From Mycolicibacterium smegmatis (GTDB taxonomy: Bacteria > Actinomycetota > Actinomycetes > Mycobacteriales > Mycobacteriaceae): a stretch of 32,000 nt of DNA. The notes beneath the pieces were generated by a model. That model was not told the DNA's origin, made no database searches, and saw only the letters and a program-made list of their open reading frames with translations. Below, piece by piece: positions 17,703-26,993 of the stretch; the first letter of the stretch is position 1, and each line of letters starts with the position of its first letter. The DNA is taken from the NCBI RefSeq assembly GCF_001457595.1, contig NZ_LN831039.1, forward strand, positions 3,600,001 through 3,632,000. The letters run 5' to 3'. Made by a program: the position numbers and the translations under genes.

Positions 17703-19007
17703 TTATCCCGCACGCGCCGGGACCGCTGCGGAGTGCCCTTGGTGCTCGGCGTCCACCCGGTGCAGGTGACTGTTCTTCGGGTCCACCGGCCGGATGTCGA
17801 CCATCCTGCGCATCCATCGGCGCGCGGGCTCCTCGACGACGTGGTAGAGCACCATCGCGGCGACCACCGATATGGCCAGCAGGCCCAGCAGGGTGGCCTT
17901 GCCGGACAGATCCGGCGACATCGTGAGCTCGAACTGTTTGACGGTCCAGATCCAGGCGGTGTGCACGAGTTCGTGGACCATGTACAGCCCGAAGGAGATC
18001 TGCCCGCCGTAGACCAGCACACGCGTGCTCAGCAGCGCCGGCAGGCTTCCGGTCCCGATCGCCAGCGCAACCACGAGCGGCACGAACAGGATGTCGACCA
18101 GCCCCCCGGCGTCGCCGACGGTGTTGAGCGGATGGGCGTCGAAGAAGAAGAGGCCGACGATGATGGCGATGCTCAGGACCACCGACAGGTATCCCGCGGT
18201 GCGGCGCGCGGTGTCCCCGGGTTCCAGCTTGCGCACCGCGGCACAGGCGAGCGCGCCCGCGGTGAACTGCATGACGATGCGCGGCAGCCAGCTCCACGGT
18301 GTGTAGAAGTGCCCCGTCATCATCAGCAAGACCACCGGCGGCAGCGAGGCCGCGACCGCGAGCACCACGAGGCTGCGGGCCCGCGTGGCCCGCGCGATGC
18401 GGAAGACCACCAGGATCAATGCTCCGAACAGCAGATAGGCCAGCCACTCGGCGCTGATCGACCAGGCCGGGCCGTCCCAGCTCGTCCCGTCGAAGTACGG
18501 CTCGAACCACAGCTGGACCAGGAACAGCTGCCGCAGATAGCTCACCGCGTTGTAACCGCTGGTGTCCTCGACGGGCACATGACCGACGTTGAGCGTGAAG
18601 ATCACCCACAGCGCGGCGAGGTGCAGCGTCACCAGGTACACCGGCCACACCCGCGACAAGCGCAGCCACAGGAAGTGCAGCGTCGCGCGCGTCGACCACC
18701 CCGGACCCATCCGGTCGAGGTAGTTCCACGTCAGGACGAAGCCGCTGAGGATGAAGAACAGGTCGACGCCTTGGGCGCCGCAATCGAGCACGGGCGCGAA
18801 CGTTTCGGTGAAATCGGGCGCGGCCTCATAGAGGATCGGCCGGAAGTGGAACAGCACGACCCACACCGCCGCGACGATGCGCAGTCCCGTCAGGGCCTTG
18901 ATCTCTGCGCCGCGCACTGCACTCTTTCCGTATCCACACCCGTGATGTTCGTCCGCGCGCCATAACCGCACCTGCCGCGACTCACCGGGCGGATCACACC
19001 ACGTCAC
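17703..19007 (-). CDS. acyltransferase family 3 (OafA/YrhL-type membrane O-acyltransferase)
   Basis: Multi-pass membrane protein with the AT3 N-terminal signature LTGLRIVAAVWVVLFHF and the segment GVDLFFILSGFVLT. The longest ORF starts at ATG 19007. An internal GTG at 18917 (preceded by GGAAAGAG) is a plausible true start. Confidence 0.8.
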   Translation of the reverse strand: MTWCDPPGESRQVRLWRADEHHGCGYGKSAVRGAEIKALTGLRIVAAVWVVLFHFRPILYEAAPDFTETFAPVLDCGAQGVDLFFILSGFVLTWNYLDRMGPGWSTRATLHFLWLRLSRVWPVYLVTLHLAALWVIFTLNVGHVPVEDTSGYNAVSYLRQLFLVQLWFEPYFDGTSWDGPAWSISAEWLAYLLFGALILVVFRIARATRARSLVVLAVAASLPPVVLLMMTGHFYTPWSWLPRIVMQFTAGALACAAVRKLEPGDTARRTAGYLSVVLSIAIIVGLFFFDAHPLNTVGDAGGLVDILFVPLVVALAIGTGSLPALLSTRVLVYGGQISFGLYMVHELVHTAWIWTVKQFELTMSPDLSGKATLLGLLAISVVAAMVLYHVVEEPARRWMRRMVDIRPVDPKNSHLHRVDAEHQGHSAAVPARAG

Positions 19008-19280
19008 CGTCCGCCGAGTCGCAGACTAACAGCGTCGCCGCCGACGGTGCGCGCCCAGCGGCCTGCGCACTGCCTGTGCGGGCACTGGACACCACCCGCA
19101 AAACAGCGGAAAGCCTTGTCCAGCAAACACATTGGACCGACTGACGGTGCAGGTCAGGCGGGTTGTCCAGCAGCGATACGGCGTGTCGGCCGGTGCCGGC
19201 GAAGTTGCCCACAGCCCGGACGCGAACGGTCAACGGGTGTAACGGATTTCACCCAGACGCGCCGGTGCCGGCCAGACCGG

Positions 19281-19862
19281 TCAGGGCAGCGGCACCTGCG
19301 AGCCGTCGTACTGACGGGCGCCGTTGTTGATCGTGTCGAGCCAGGTACGCAGCTTGGCCTTGGCGAGCAGGCCCGGGAGGTCGCCGGGCGCGCCTTCACC
19401 GGTCGGGGTATCGGTCGGCGCGGCGGTGGTCTGGGTCCACGGCTGGCAGCCGCTGGTCTTGAAGGCCTTGTCGGTCGCCTCGATCTGCACGACGTCGGGC
19501 TTCTTGGTGAAGGCGTTGTCGATGATGTCCCCGCCGTGCAGATCCGCCATGCGCTTCCAGTAGCAGGTCTGCCCGTCGGCCGGTCCGCCCGTCGCATAGG
19601 TGCCCGGTTGGATGTCGGTGCCGACCACGTAGATGCCGTCGTGGTCCATGACAGGCGCGGGCCCCTCCGCGGCAGCCGCCTCGGGCGCGGGGCCGGGCGC
19701 CGGGCCGGTACCGGTTCCCACAGCAGGTGAAGGGGCGGGGGCAGGAGCAGGGACAGGAGTGGTCGGTTCGGCGTTTGCCACTCCGGACATGACACCGCCG
19801 AGCATCCCTCCTGCGGTCACCGCGAGGGCGGCGACGAAGACAGCTGGTTTGATCGGCTTCAC
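19281..19862 (-). CDS. secreted Pro/Ala/Gly-rich protein with a C-terminal Cys-pair domain (hypothetical)
   Basis: GTG at 19862. The signal peptide is MKPIKPAVFVAALAVTAGGMLGGVMSGVANA. It is followed by a low-complexity linker (PVPAPAPAPSPAVGTGTGPAPGPAPE) and then GIYVVGTDIQPGTYATGGPADGQTCYWKRM ... SGCQPW. Confidence 0.6.
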   Translation of the reverse strand: MKPIKPAVFVAALAVTAGGMLGGVMSGVANAEPTTPVPAPAPAPSPAVGTGTGPAPGPAPEAAAAEGPAPVMDHDGIYVVGTDIQPGTYATGGPADGQTCYWKRMADLHGGDIIDNAFTKKPDVVQIEATDKAFKTSGCQPWTQTTAAPTDTPTGEGAPGDLPGLLAKAKLRTWLDTINNGARQYDGSQVPLP

Positions 19863-19930
19863 AAAACGTCAGAGTACCGGCCCTGGCAAGCTGCGGCCGA
19901 ATTCCGACCACGCTGTGGCAGGCTCGCCGT

Positions 19931-21085
19931 GTGGACGTGCCGAAGCCCGAGTCTGCTCTGCCCCACCTCGCCGACGTCGTCCCGTCCGTGCTGGCCGCGA
20001 TGGGCGTCGCAGCCTTCGAGACCGTCGCGGGCATCGACCTGCCCTCGCCGATCCGCGGCGCGTGCGTACTGCTGGTCGACGGCCTCGGCGCCGAACTTCT
20101 CGACGCACACGCCGCCGAAGCACCCGTGATGGCCGGGTTGCGGCACCGGACGCTTCAGGTCGGTTTCCCTGCGACGACCGCGGCGGGACTGGCCGCCATC
20201 GGTACCGGTTGCCGGTCGGGCGAGCACGGAATGGTCGGCTACTCGTTCCGGGTGCCAGGCGCCGGGGTGATCAACGCGCTGCGGTGGCGGCCCCACCCGT
20301 GGGGTGAGGATCTGCGCAGCACGGTGGTCCCCGAAACAGTCCAGCCGTTTCCCACCACGTTCGAGAGGGCGGCCGGGGCCGGCGTCGCGGTGCGCGTCGT
20401 ATCCGGCGCCGAGTTCGCCCATTCCGGGCTGACCCGCGCTGTGCTGCGCGGCGGCGACTATGTCGGCGTCCATGCGATCGGAGACCTGGGTGCGGCCGTG
20501 GCCGACACCGTGGCCGGCGGCGGGTTCTGCTGGGGCTACCACAGCGAACTGGACCTGGTCGGCCATCTTCACGGCCCGGGTTCGACCGCATGGCTCATGC
20601 AGTTGCGTCAGGTGGACCGCCTGGTCGAGTCGATCGTCGAGACACTGCCCCGCGACGGCCTGCTCGCCGTGGTCGCCGACCACGGCATGGTGACGGCGGA
20701 TCCCGCATCGGTCGTCGACATCGACGCCCACGCGCCCCTGCTCGACGGTGTCGACGCGATCGGCGGGGAGCCTCGCGCGCGACACGTCTACACATCCGAC
20801 GGCGCAGCGGACGCGGTCCTTGCGGCGTGGCGGGACTCGCTTGCCGACACCGCGTGGGTGCTGTCGCGCGACGAGGCGATCGAGGCGGGCTGGTTCGGCG
20901 GGCGTGTCCGCGACGACGTGCGCGGACGTATCGGCGATGTCGTCGCGGCCGCACGCGATTCGGCCGTGCTGGTGCGCCGCGCCGTCGAACCGATGGAGTC
21001 GTCTCTCGTCGGACACCACGGCTCGCTGACCCCGGCCGAGCAGCGGATACCACTGCTGCTCGCAACCGGATTGTCGTCCGAATGA
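19931..21085 (+). CDS. alkaline phosphatase superfamily protein (nucleotide pyrophosphatase/phosphodiesterase type)
   Basis: GTG at 19931; 384 aa. Metal and nucleophile blocks present: VLLVDGLGAELL, GFPATTAAGLAAIGTG and VVADHGMV. Confidence 0.75.
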   Translation: MDVPKPESALPHLADVVPSVLAAMGVAAFETVAGIDLPSPIRGACVLLVDGLGAELLDAHAAEAPVMAGLRHRTLQVGFPATTAAGLAAIGTGCRSGEHGMVGYSFRVPGAGVINALRWRPHPWGEDLRSTVVPETVQPFPTTFERAAGAGVAVRVVSGAEFAHSGLTRAVLRGGDYVGVHAIGDLGAAVADTVAGGGFCWGYHSELDLVGHLHGPGSTAWLMQLRQVDRLVESIVETLPRDGLLAVVADHGMVTADPASVVDIDAHAPLLDGVDAIGGEPRARHVYTSDGAADAVLAAWRDSLADTAWVLSRDEAIEAGWFGGRVRDDVRGRIGDVVAAARDSAVLVRRAVEPMESSLVGHHGSLTPAEQRIPLLLATGLSSE

Positions 21086-21120
21086 CCCCACACAGCATTA
21101 GATGATCTAAGATTCACGGC

Positions 21121-21462
21121 ATGAAGCTTGCAGCGTTGGCCGCACTGGGAGCCGCCGCGGCGTCGATCGCCCTCGCCGCTCCGGCCCAAGCGGACCCCGA
21201 CACCGACTTCGCCAATGAACTGCACACGTACGGCATCTACGGGCCGCGTGACTACAACGCCTGGATCGGCAAGATCGCGTGCAAACGGCTGCACAACGGC
21301 CTCGACCGCAACGCGAACGATTCGGTCAACTTCGTCACCAAGCAGCTCGACCGCGATTCGACCACGGCACAGAGCTGGCAGTTCCTCGGCACCGCCATCA
21401 ACTACTACTGCCCCGATCAGCGATTTGTGATGGAGCAGGCCGCCGCGGATTCGGCGCACTGA
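21121..21462 (+). CDS. DUF732-family secreted protein
   Basis: ATG at 21121. The signal peptide ends AAPAQA. The mature part starts DPDTDFANELHTYGIY and has the conserved Cys pair (KIACKRL ... NYYCPDQ) typical of mycobacterial DUF732. Confidence 0.8.
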   Translation: MKLAALAALGAAAASIALAAPAQADPDTDFANELHTYGIYGPRDYNAWIGKIACKRLHNGLDRNANDSVNFVTKQLDRDSTTAQSWQFLGTAINYYCPDQRFVMEQAAADSAH

Positions 21463-21503
21463 CCCGAACGACCGGCCCGATCAGACATCTTTGGAGCGAT
21501 ATC

Positions 21504-21965
21504 GTGAAACGCATGCGTGTGAACCACCTGATCCGCGCCGGGATTGCCGCGTGCGCGGTGGCCGGCAGCCTGGCCGCCGCTCCGGGCATCGCGTCGGCTG
21601 ATGCCACCGACGACTACCCGATCCCGAACCGGATCATGAGAACCCCGTGCACGGCCGAGCAGATCATGGCCGCGGCCCGCGACGTCGAGCCGGTGTACTA
21701 CGAGCGGTACATGACCGACTACAAGAACAAGCCGCCGCACGTCCAGCAGGCCGCGCGCGACCGCATTCACTGGTTCTTCTCGATGGATTACGCCGGCAGG
21801 CGCCAGTACTCGGAGAACACCGCAACCGACGCGTTCTTCGAGCAGTTGGCGTGGATGTGGCCGAACTGGGCGAAGCTGTTCTTCAACAACAAGGGCGTCG
21901 CGGCGAACACCACCGACGTCTGCGAGCAGTACCCGCCGGACGACATGTCCGTCTGGAACTGGTAG
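21504..21965 (+). CDS. secreted Rv0455c-like protein (siderophore-secretion accessory protein family)
   Basis: GTG at 21504 with GGAG 7 nt upstream (alternative ATG at 21513). The signal peptide ends GIASA. The mature protein reads DDYPIPNRIMRTPCTAEQ ... PVYYERYM ... HWFFSM ... FFNNKGVAANTTDVCEQYPPDDMSVWNW. This matches my recollection of M. tuberculosis Rv0455c, including both Cys. Confidence 0.75.
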   Translation: MKRMRVNHLIRAGIAACAVAGSLAAAPGIASADATDDYPIPNRIMRTPCTAEQIMAAARDVEPVYYERYMTDYKNKPPHVQQAARDRIHWFFSMDYAGRRQYSENTATDAFFEQLAWMWPNWAKLFFNNKGVAANTTDVCEQYPPDDMSVWNW

Positions 21966-21978
21966 TAACCGGCCTTCG

Positions 21979-22012
21979 CACTCCGCCTGTCAGCGCTCGC
22001 TGGCAGGCGGAG
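21979..22012 (+). terminator. intrinsic-terminator-like hairpin after the Rv0455c-like gene
   Basis: ACTCCGCCTG-t-CAGC-gctc-GCTG-g-CAGGCGGAGT forms a 10-bp plus 4-bp stem and is followed by cattgttat. Confidence 0.6.
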
Positions 22013-22150
22013 TCATTGTTATGGCCCCCGGTTATGACGCTCCCCACACCGTGCGGAGCCGATCAACCGCGACGATGTGGCATGACCACGAGTTTTGCCG
22101 GCAAAGCGCGAATCCGGTGTGCCGCGGGCCGGAGCCGACGCGCAGGTGGT

Positions 22151-22200
22151 ACACATTTTGTCATTCTGTTAAATAAGCTAATATCTCGCTAACTTAGCTG
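22151..22200 (+). promoter_or_regulatory. AT-rich island upstream of mmpS: candidate promoter (TTGTCA ... TAATAT) plus GCTAA repeat operator
   Basis: The sequence is acacattttgtcattctgttaaataagctaatatctcgctaacttagctg. TTGTCA lies at 22158-22163 and TAATAT at 22179-22184, but the spacing is only 15 nt. GCTAA occurs at 22177 and 22188, 11 bp apart. AGCTAA and TTAGCT form an inverted pair at 22176-22181 and 22194-22199. Confidence 0.35.
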
Positions 22201-22314
22201 TCCTGTGCAACAAGCGAGGTTCATCGAGGTGAATATGGCGCTCACGAACTACTGCGACCCTGACCAGGTCGACACGTTGGTCGGCGCACGCCCCGTTCGG
22301 TCCGGTGCCCAGCG

Positions 22315-22791
22315 GTGATGGCTGTCGACACAAAAGACAAGCGGCGCAAGAAATTCTCGATCAGCGCGCTGGCACGGCGCTTCTGGATTCCACTGCTCAT
22401 CGGCGCCGTGGTGTTCGTCGGCGCGTTCACCGTGATGCGCGTGCGCACGTTCTTCGGCTCCGGTGACGATCCCAGCCTGGCCAGCGCCAAGGTCGACGAC
22501 ACCAAACCCTTCGATCCCAAGGTCGTGGTCTACGAGATCTACGGCGAGCCCGGCGCGACCGCCGACATCAACTACCTGGACCTCGACGCCCAACCGCAAC
22601 GCGTCGACGGTGCGACCCTCCCCTGGTCTCTGACGTTGTCCACCACGGCACCTTCGGTGTTCCCCAACATCGTGGCGCAGGGCAACGGCGACACCATCAC
22701 CTGCCGGATCACCGTCGACGACGAGCTCAAGGATGAGCGCACGTCGAACGGCGTGAACGCCCAGACCTTCTGCCTGGTGAAATCTGCATGA
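22315..22791 (+). CDS. mmpS: MmpS-family membrane protein
   Basis: Start is GTG 22315 or ATG 22318. The protein has a basic N-terminus, a single TM helix ([19 protein letters not shown]) and a C-terminal MmpS domain with a Cys pair (ITCRITVDD ... TFCLVKSA). Its stop overlaps the mmpL ATG (ATGA). Confidence 0.9.
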   Translation: MMAVDTKDKRRKKFSISALARRFWIPLLIGAVVFVGAFTVMRVRTFFGSGDDPSLASAKVDDTKPFDPKVVVYEIYGEPGATADINYLDLDAQPQRVDGATLPWSLTLSTTAPSVFPNIVAQGNGDTITCRITVDDELKDERTSNGVNAQTFCLVKSA

Positions 22792-25697
22792 GCAACCCGA
22801 GCCACGACGCCCCGACCGACGCCATGGGTGTCATCGGACCCAAGCATGCGCGCCCCGGCGGGATCGCGAAGTGGATCCGGGTTCTCGCCGTTCCGATCAT
22901 CCTGGTGTGGGTCGCGATCATCGCGGTCCTGAACACCGTCGTCCCGCAGCTCGACGTCGTCGGCGAGATGCGCTCGGTGTCGATGAGCCCCGACGACGCG
23001 CCCTCGGTGATCGCCATGAAGCGCGTCGGCGAGGTCTTCGAGGAGTTCAAGTCCAACAGCTCGGTGATGATCGTGCTGGAGGGCGAACAACCGCTCGGCG
23101 ACGAGGCGCACAAGTACTACGACGAGATCGTCGACAAGCTCGAGGCCGATCCCGCGCACGTCGAGCACGTGCAGGATTTCTGGGGCGATCCGCTCACGGC
23201 GTCCGGTGCGCAGAGCCCGGACGGTCTGGCGTCGTATGTGCAGGTCTACACCCGTGGTAACCAGGGTGAGGCGCTGGCCAACGAATCGGTCGAGGCCGTC
23301 CAGGACATCGTCGACAGCGTCCCTGCCCCGCCGGGGGTCAAGGCGTATGTGACCGGGCCCGCCGCGTTGTCGGCGGATCAGCACGTGGCCAGCGATCGCA
23401 GCGTGCGCGTCATCGAGGCACTGACGTTCGCGGTCATCATCACCATGTTGCTGCTGGTCTACCGGTCGATCGTGACCGTGATCCTCACGCTCGTCATGGT
23501 GGTGCTGTCGCTGTCCGCGGCGCGCGGCGTGATCGCGTTCCTCGGCTACCACGAGATCATCGGTCTTTCCGTCTTCGCGACGAACCTCCTGACCACCTTG
23601 GCGATCGCCGCCGCGACCGACTACGCGATCTTCCTGATCGGCCGTTATCAAGAGGCCAGAAGTGTCGGCGAAGACCGGGAGCAGTCCTACTACACGATGT
23701 TCCACAGCACGGCGCACGTCGTGCTGGGCTCCGGCATGACGATCGCGGGCGCGACCTTGTGCCTGCACTTCACCCGCATGCCGTACTTCCAGTCGCTGGG
23801 CATCCCACTGGCCATCGGTATGAGCGTGGTGGTCCTGGCCTCGTTGACCATGGGCGCCGCGATCATCTCGGTCGCGAGCCGGTTCGGCAAGACCTTCGAG
23901 CCCAAGCGTGCGATGCGCACCCGCGGGTGGCGCAAACTCGGTGCGGCCGTGGTGCGTTGGCCTGCGCCGATCCTGGTGACCACCATCGCGTTGTCGGTTG
24001 TCGGCCTACTGGCGCTGCCCGGGTACCAGACCAACTACAACGACCGCAGGTACCTGCCCCAGGACCTGCCCGCCAACACCGGTTACGCCGCGGCCGACCG
24101 GCACTTCTCGCAGGCCAGGATGAACCCGGAACTGCTGATGATCGAGTCGGACCACGACCTGCGCAACAGCGCGGACTTCCTGGTGGTCGACCGGATCGCC
24201 AAGCGGGTCTTCCAGGTGCCCGGCATCTCACGCGTGCAGGCCATCACGCGTCCGCAGGGCACGCCCATCGAGCACACCTCGATCCCGTTCCAGATCAGCA
24301 TGTCCGGCACCACGCAGATGATGAACATGAAGTACATGCAGGACCGCATGGCCGACATGTTGGTGATGGCCGACGAGATGCAGAAGAGCGTCGACACCAT
24401 GGAGGAGATGCTCAAGATCACGCGTGAGATGAGCGATACCACTCACAGCATGGTCGGCAAGATGCACGGCATGGTCGAGGACATCAAGGAGCTGCGCGAC
24501 CACATCGCCGATTTCGACGATTTCCTCCGGCCGATCCGCAACTACTTCTACTGGGAGCCGCACTGCGACAGCATCCCGGTCTGCCAGTCGATCCGCTCGA
24601 TCTTCGACACCCTCGACGGCATCGACGTGATGACCGACGACATCCAGCGGTTGATGCCGGACATGGACCGTCTCGACGAGCTCATGCCGCAGATGCTCAC
24701 GATCATGCCGCCCATGATCGAGTCGATGAAGACGATGAAGACCATGATGCTGACGACGCAGGCCACCATGGGCGGTCTGCAGGATCAGATGGAAGCGGCC
24801 ATGGAGAACCAGACCGCCATGGGTCAGGCCTTCGACGCGTCCAAGAACGACGACTCGTTCTACCTGCCGCCTGAGACGTTCGAGAATCCGGACTTCAAGC
24901 GCGGTATGAAGATGTTCCTGTCGCCCGACGGGCACGCGGTGCGCTTCATCATCAGCCACGAGGGCGATCCGATGAGCCCCGAGGGCATCAAGCACATCGA
25001 CGCCATCAAGCAGGCCGCGAAGGAGGCCATCAAGGGCACGCCGCTGGAGGGCTCGAAGATTTACCTCGGCGGCACCGCGGCCACCTTCAAGGATTTGCAG
25101 GAAGGCGCCAACTACGACCTGATCATCGCCGGCATCGCGGCGCTGTGCCTGATCTTCATCATCATGCTCATCATCACGCGGGCCGTGGTGGCCTCGGCGG
25201 TGATCGTCGGCACGGTGGTCATATCCCTCGGCGCGTCGTTCGGTCTGTCGGTACTCATCTGGCAGCACATCATCGGGCTCGAGCTGCACTGGATGGTGCT
25301 GGCCATGGCGGTGATCGTGCTGCTGGCCGTCGGTGCGGACTACAACCTGCTGCTGGTCTCACGCATCAAGGAGGAGATCTACGCCGGTCTCAACACGGGC
25401 ATCATCCGGTCGATGGGCGGCACCGGCTCGGTGGTCACCTCGGCGGGTCTGGTGTTCGCATTCACCATGATGTCGATGGCCGTCAGCGAGTTGGCCGTCA
25501 TCGCGCAGGTGGGTACGACGATCGGCCTGGGCCTGCTGTTCGACACCTTGGTGATCCGCTCGTTCATGACGCCGTCGATCGCGGCGCTGATGGGCAAGTG
25601 GTTCTGGTGGCCGCAGCGCGTGCGCCAGCGCCCCCTGCCCGCGCCGTGGCCGCAGCCAGTGCAGCGTAATCCCGAAGACGCGCTGAACCGGGTCTGA
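22788..25697 (+). CDS. mmpL: MmpL-family RND transporter (MmpL4/MmpL5-like)
   Basis: 969 aa with two six-helix transmembrane blocks and a long coiled, Met-rich periplasmic insert ([33 protein letters not shown]...). It is preceded by a translationally coupled mmpS. Confidence 0.93.
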   Translation: MSNPSHDAPTDAMGVIGPKHARPGGIAKWIRVLAVPIILVWVAIIAVLNTVVPQLDVVGEMRSVSMSPDDAPSVIAMKRVGEVFEEFKSNSSVMIVLEGEQPLGDEAHKYYDEIVDKLEADPAHVEHVQDFWGDPLTASGAQSPDGLASYVQVYTRGNQGEALANESVEAVQDIVDSVPAPPGVKAYVTGPAALSADQHVASDRSVRVIEALTFAVIITMLLLVYRSIVTVILTLVMVVLSLSAARGVIAFLGYHEIIGLSVFATNLLTTLAIAAATDYAIFLIGRYQEARSVGEDREQSYYTMFHSTAHVVLGSGMTIAGATLCLHFTRMPYFQSLGIPLAIGMSVVVLASLTMGAAIISVASRFGKTFEPKRAMRTRGWRKLGAAVVRWPAPILVTTIALSVVGLLALPGYQTNYNDRRYLPQDLPANTGYAAADRHFSQARMNPELLMIESDHDLRNSADFLVVDRIAKRVFQVPGISRVQAITRPQGTPIEHTSIPFQISMSGTTQMMNMKYMQDRMADMLVMADEMQKSVDTMEEMLKITREMSDTTHSMVGKMHGMVEDIKELRDHIADFDDFLRPIRNYFYWEPHCDSIPVCQSIRSIFDTLDGIDVMTDDIQRLMPDMDRLDELMPQMLTIMPPMIESMKTMKTMMLTTQATMGGLQDQMEAAMENQTAMGQAFDASKNDDSFYLPPETFENPDFKRGMKMFLSPDGHAVRFIISHEGDPMSPEGIKHIDAIKQAAKEAIKGTPLEGSKIYLGGTAATFKDLQEGANYDLIIAGIAALCLIFIIMLIITRAVVASAVIVGTVVISLGASFGLSVLIWQHIIGLELHWMVLAMAVIVLLAVGADYNLLLVSRIKEEIYAGLNTGIIRSMGGTGSVVTSAGLVFAFTMMSMAVSELAVIAQVGTTIGLGLLFDTLVIRSFMTPSIAALMGKWFWWPQRVRQRPLPAPWPQPVQRNPEDALNRV

Positions 25698-25709
25698 TCC
25701 CGCGCGTTG

Positions 25710-25733
25710 TTGACCGCGCTACGGCGCGGTCAA
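25710..25733. terminator. perfect 10-bp hairpin between convergent mmpL and the ArsR-family gene
   Basis: TTGACCGCGC-tacg-GCGCGGTCAA. It overlaps the stop codon (25719-25721) of the minus-strand gene and starts 13 nt after the mmpL TGA. Confidence 0.55.
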
Positions 25734-26459
25734 CTGCTCGAGCCCGCTCTTGAGGTCGGACAGCTTCAACGGCCATTCTCCCGACACCAGTGTGTGGGTG
25801 ATGCTGTCCGGCCGCAGACCATCGTGGACGAGGGTGAGCTTGACCTGGTGCTCCCCCGGTTCGATGTCGAACGACACGCGCGTGGTGTCGTGCTCGGCGC
25901 CGGGGTCGTCGAGATCCGGCGTGCGGGGCATCGGATAGGTGAACGCCAGCCGCTGGTAAGGGTCGGATTCCAGCACCACCTGCTGGGGACGCTCGAAGCG
26001 GATGCCGCGCTCGATCCACACGTAGGTGGACCCCTTCAGCCAGTCCGATTCGATCGCATGCCCGAGGTATCCGAGTGAGGTCCCCGGGTTGGTGATCGCG
26101 TGCCACAGCCGTTCCGGTGTGGTGCGGATGTAGATGACGTAGACGAACACATCACCGTCGCTCCCGGCACCCGCCTCGAGACGCGCACCATGACGCCGTG
26201 GGGCGCCCCAACGTGCGGTGAGCTCGCCGGCCAGCTCGGTGATCGGCCCGGTGTCGAGGTGGTGCAGCTTCTGGCGGCCCTCCCATTGCACGGTCACCAG
26301 GCCCGCGGCCTCGAGCACCTCAAGATGCTTGGCCACGGATTGACGCGCCATGGCCAGGTCCGCGCAGAGCTCTTTCAGGGTCTGCCCGTCGCGGTCGCCG
26401 AGCCGCGCCAGAAGCGTTCTCCGGTTCGCGTCGGACAGTGCCTTGAGGACCGCTTCCAC
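25719..26459 (-). CDS. ArsR/SmtB-family HTH regulator fused to an SRPBCC (AHSA1/Aha1-like) domain
   Basis: I prefer the GTG at 26459, with GGGAGA 6 nt upstream; the longest ORF starts at 26516. The HTH is LSDANRRTLLARL ... TLKELCADLAMARQSVAKHLEVLEAAGLV. The C-terminal half is SRPBCC-like (IRTTPERLWHAITNP ...). Confidence 0.8.
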   Translation of the reverse strand: MEAVLKALSDANRRTLLARLGDRDGQTLKELCADLAMARQSVAKHLEVLEAAGLVTVQWEGRQKLHHLDTGPITELAGELTARWGAPRRHGARLEAGAGSDGDVFVYVIYIRTTPERLWHAITNPGTSLGYLGHAIESDWLKGSTYVWIERGIRFERPQQVVLESDPYQRLAFTYPMPRTPDLDDPGAEHDTTRVSFDIEPGEHQVKLTLVHDGLRPDSITHTLVSGEWPLKLSDLKSGLEQLTAP

Positions 26460-26993
26460 GTCGTGTCTCCCATATGTAACCGCACGGCTGCCCTGGCCGA
26501 AGATATGCAGCCACACGGCTGCATGTCAACACACGTCGGGCCACTCACGCGGTACATGGCGATACCTCCTGATGGCCGCCGATGAGCCGGAAAGTTCGCC
26601 AGGATCGCCACCTCACGTCGCGCACCGACAGCAAGCGTCACGGCGGCCGCCGATCGGACGCGCGGCGCGGAACGTCTCGCATGGACACACTTCGACGCCT
26701 CGATCACCCTCGGCGAAATGCGCTGTACCCCAACGCTACTCATTCCCAAGTCGAGCTGGTGGCGCATTCTCGCCGTGATATGCAGGTGGATTGGCGTTAT
26801 GACGCAAGGTGATTGAGCGAACCGATTTACCGCCGCGACAGTTCGCGAAACATGCTCTCGACCTGCGCCTATCGATGCAGTCGACATCGCTGCCCGTGCA
26901 GTGCCCGCGTGAAGCGCTCGGCAGATAAGCCTGGTTATGACCGCAGTCACAGAGTTTGAGGGGCCGAAATAAGCTCTGTTACTGTCCCGCCGC

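Noticed and set aside
22168-22198. An IdeR iron box in the AT-rich island upstream of mmpS.
   Set aside because: The best alignment to TTAGGTTAGGCTAACCTAA gives about 11 of 19 matches, and only the GCTAAC-TA half-site is good. That is too weak to call.
26852-26959. A 35-aa Cys/Arg-rich small ORF (MLSTCAYRCSRHRCPCSARVKRSADKPGYDRSHRV) in the gap before the second NlpC/P60 gene.
   Set aside because: It has no Shine-Dalgarno sequence, its Arg/Cys-rich composition is what a random GC-rich frame would produce, and nothing supports expression.
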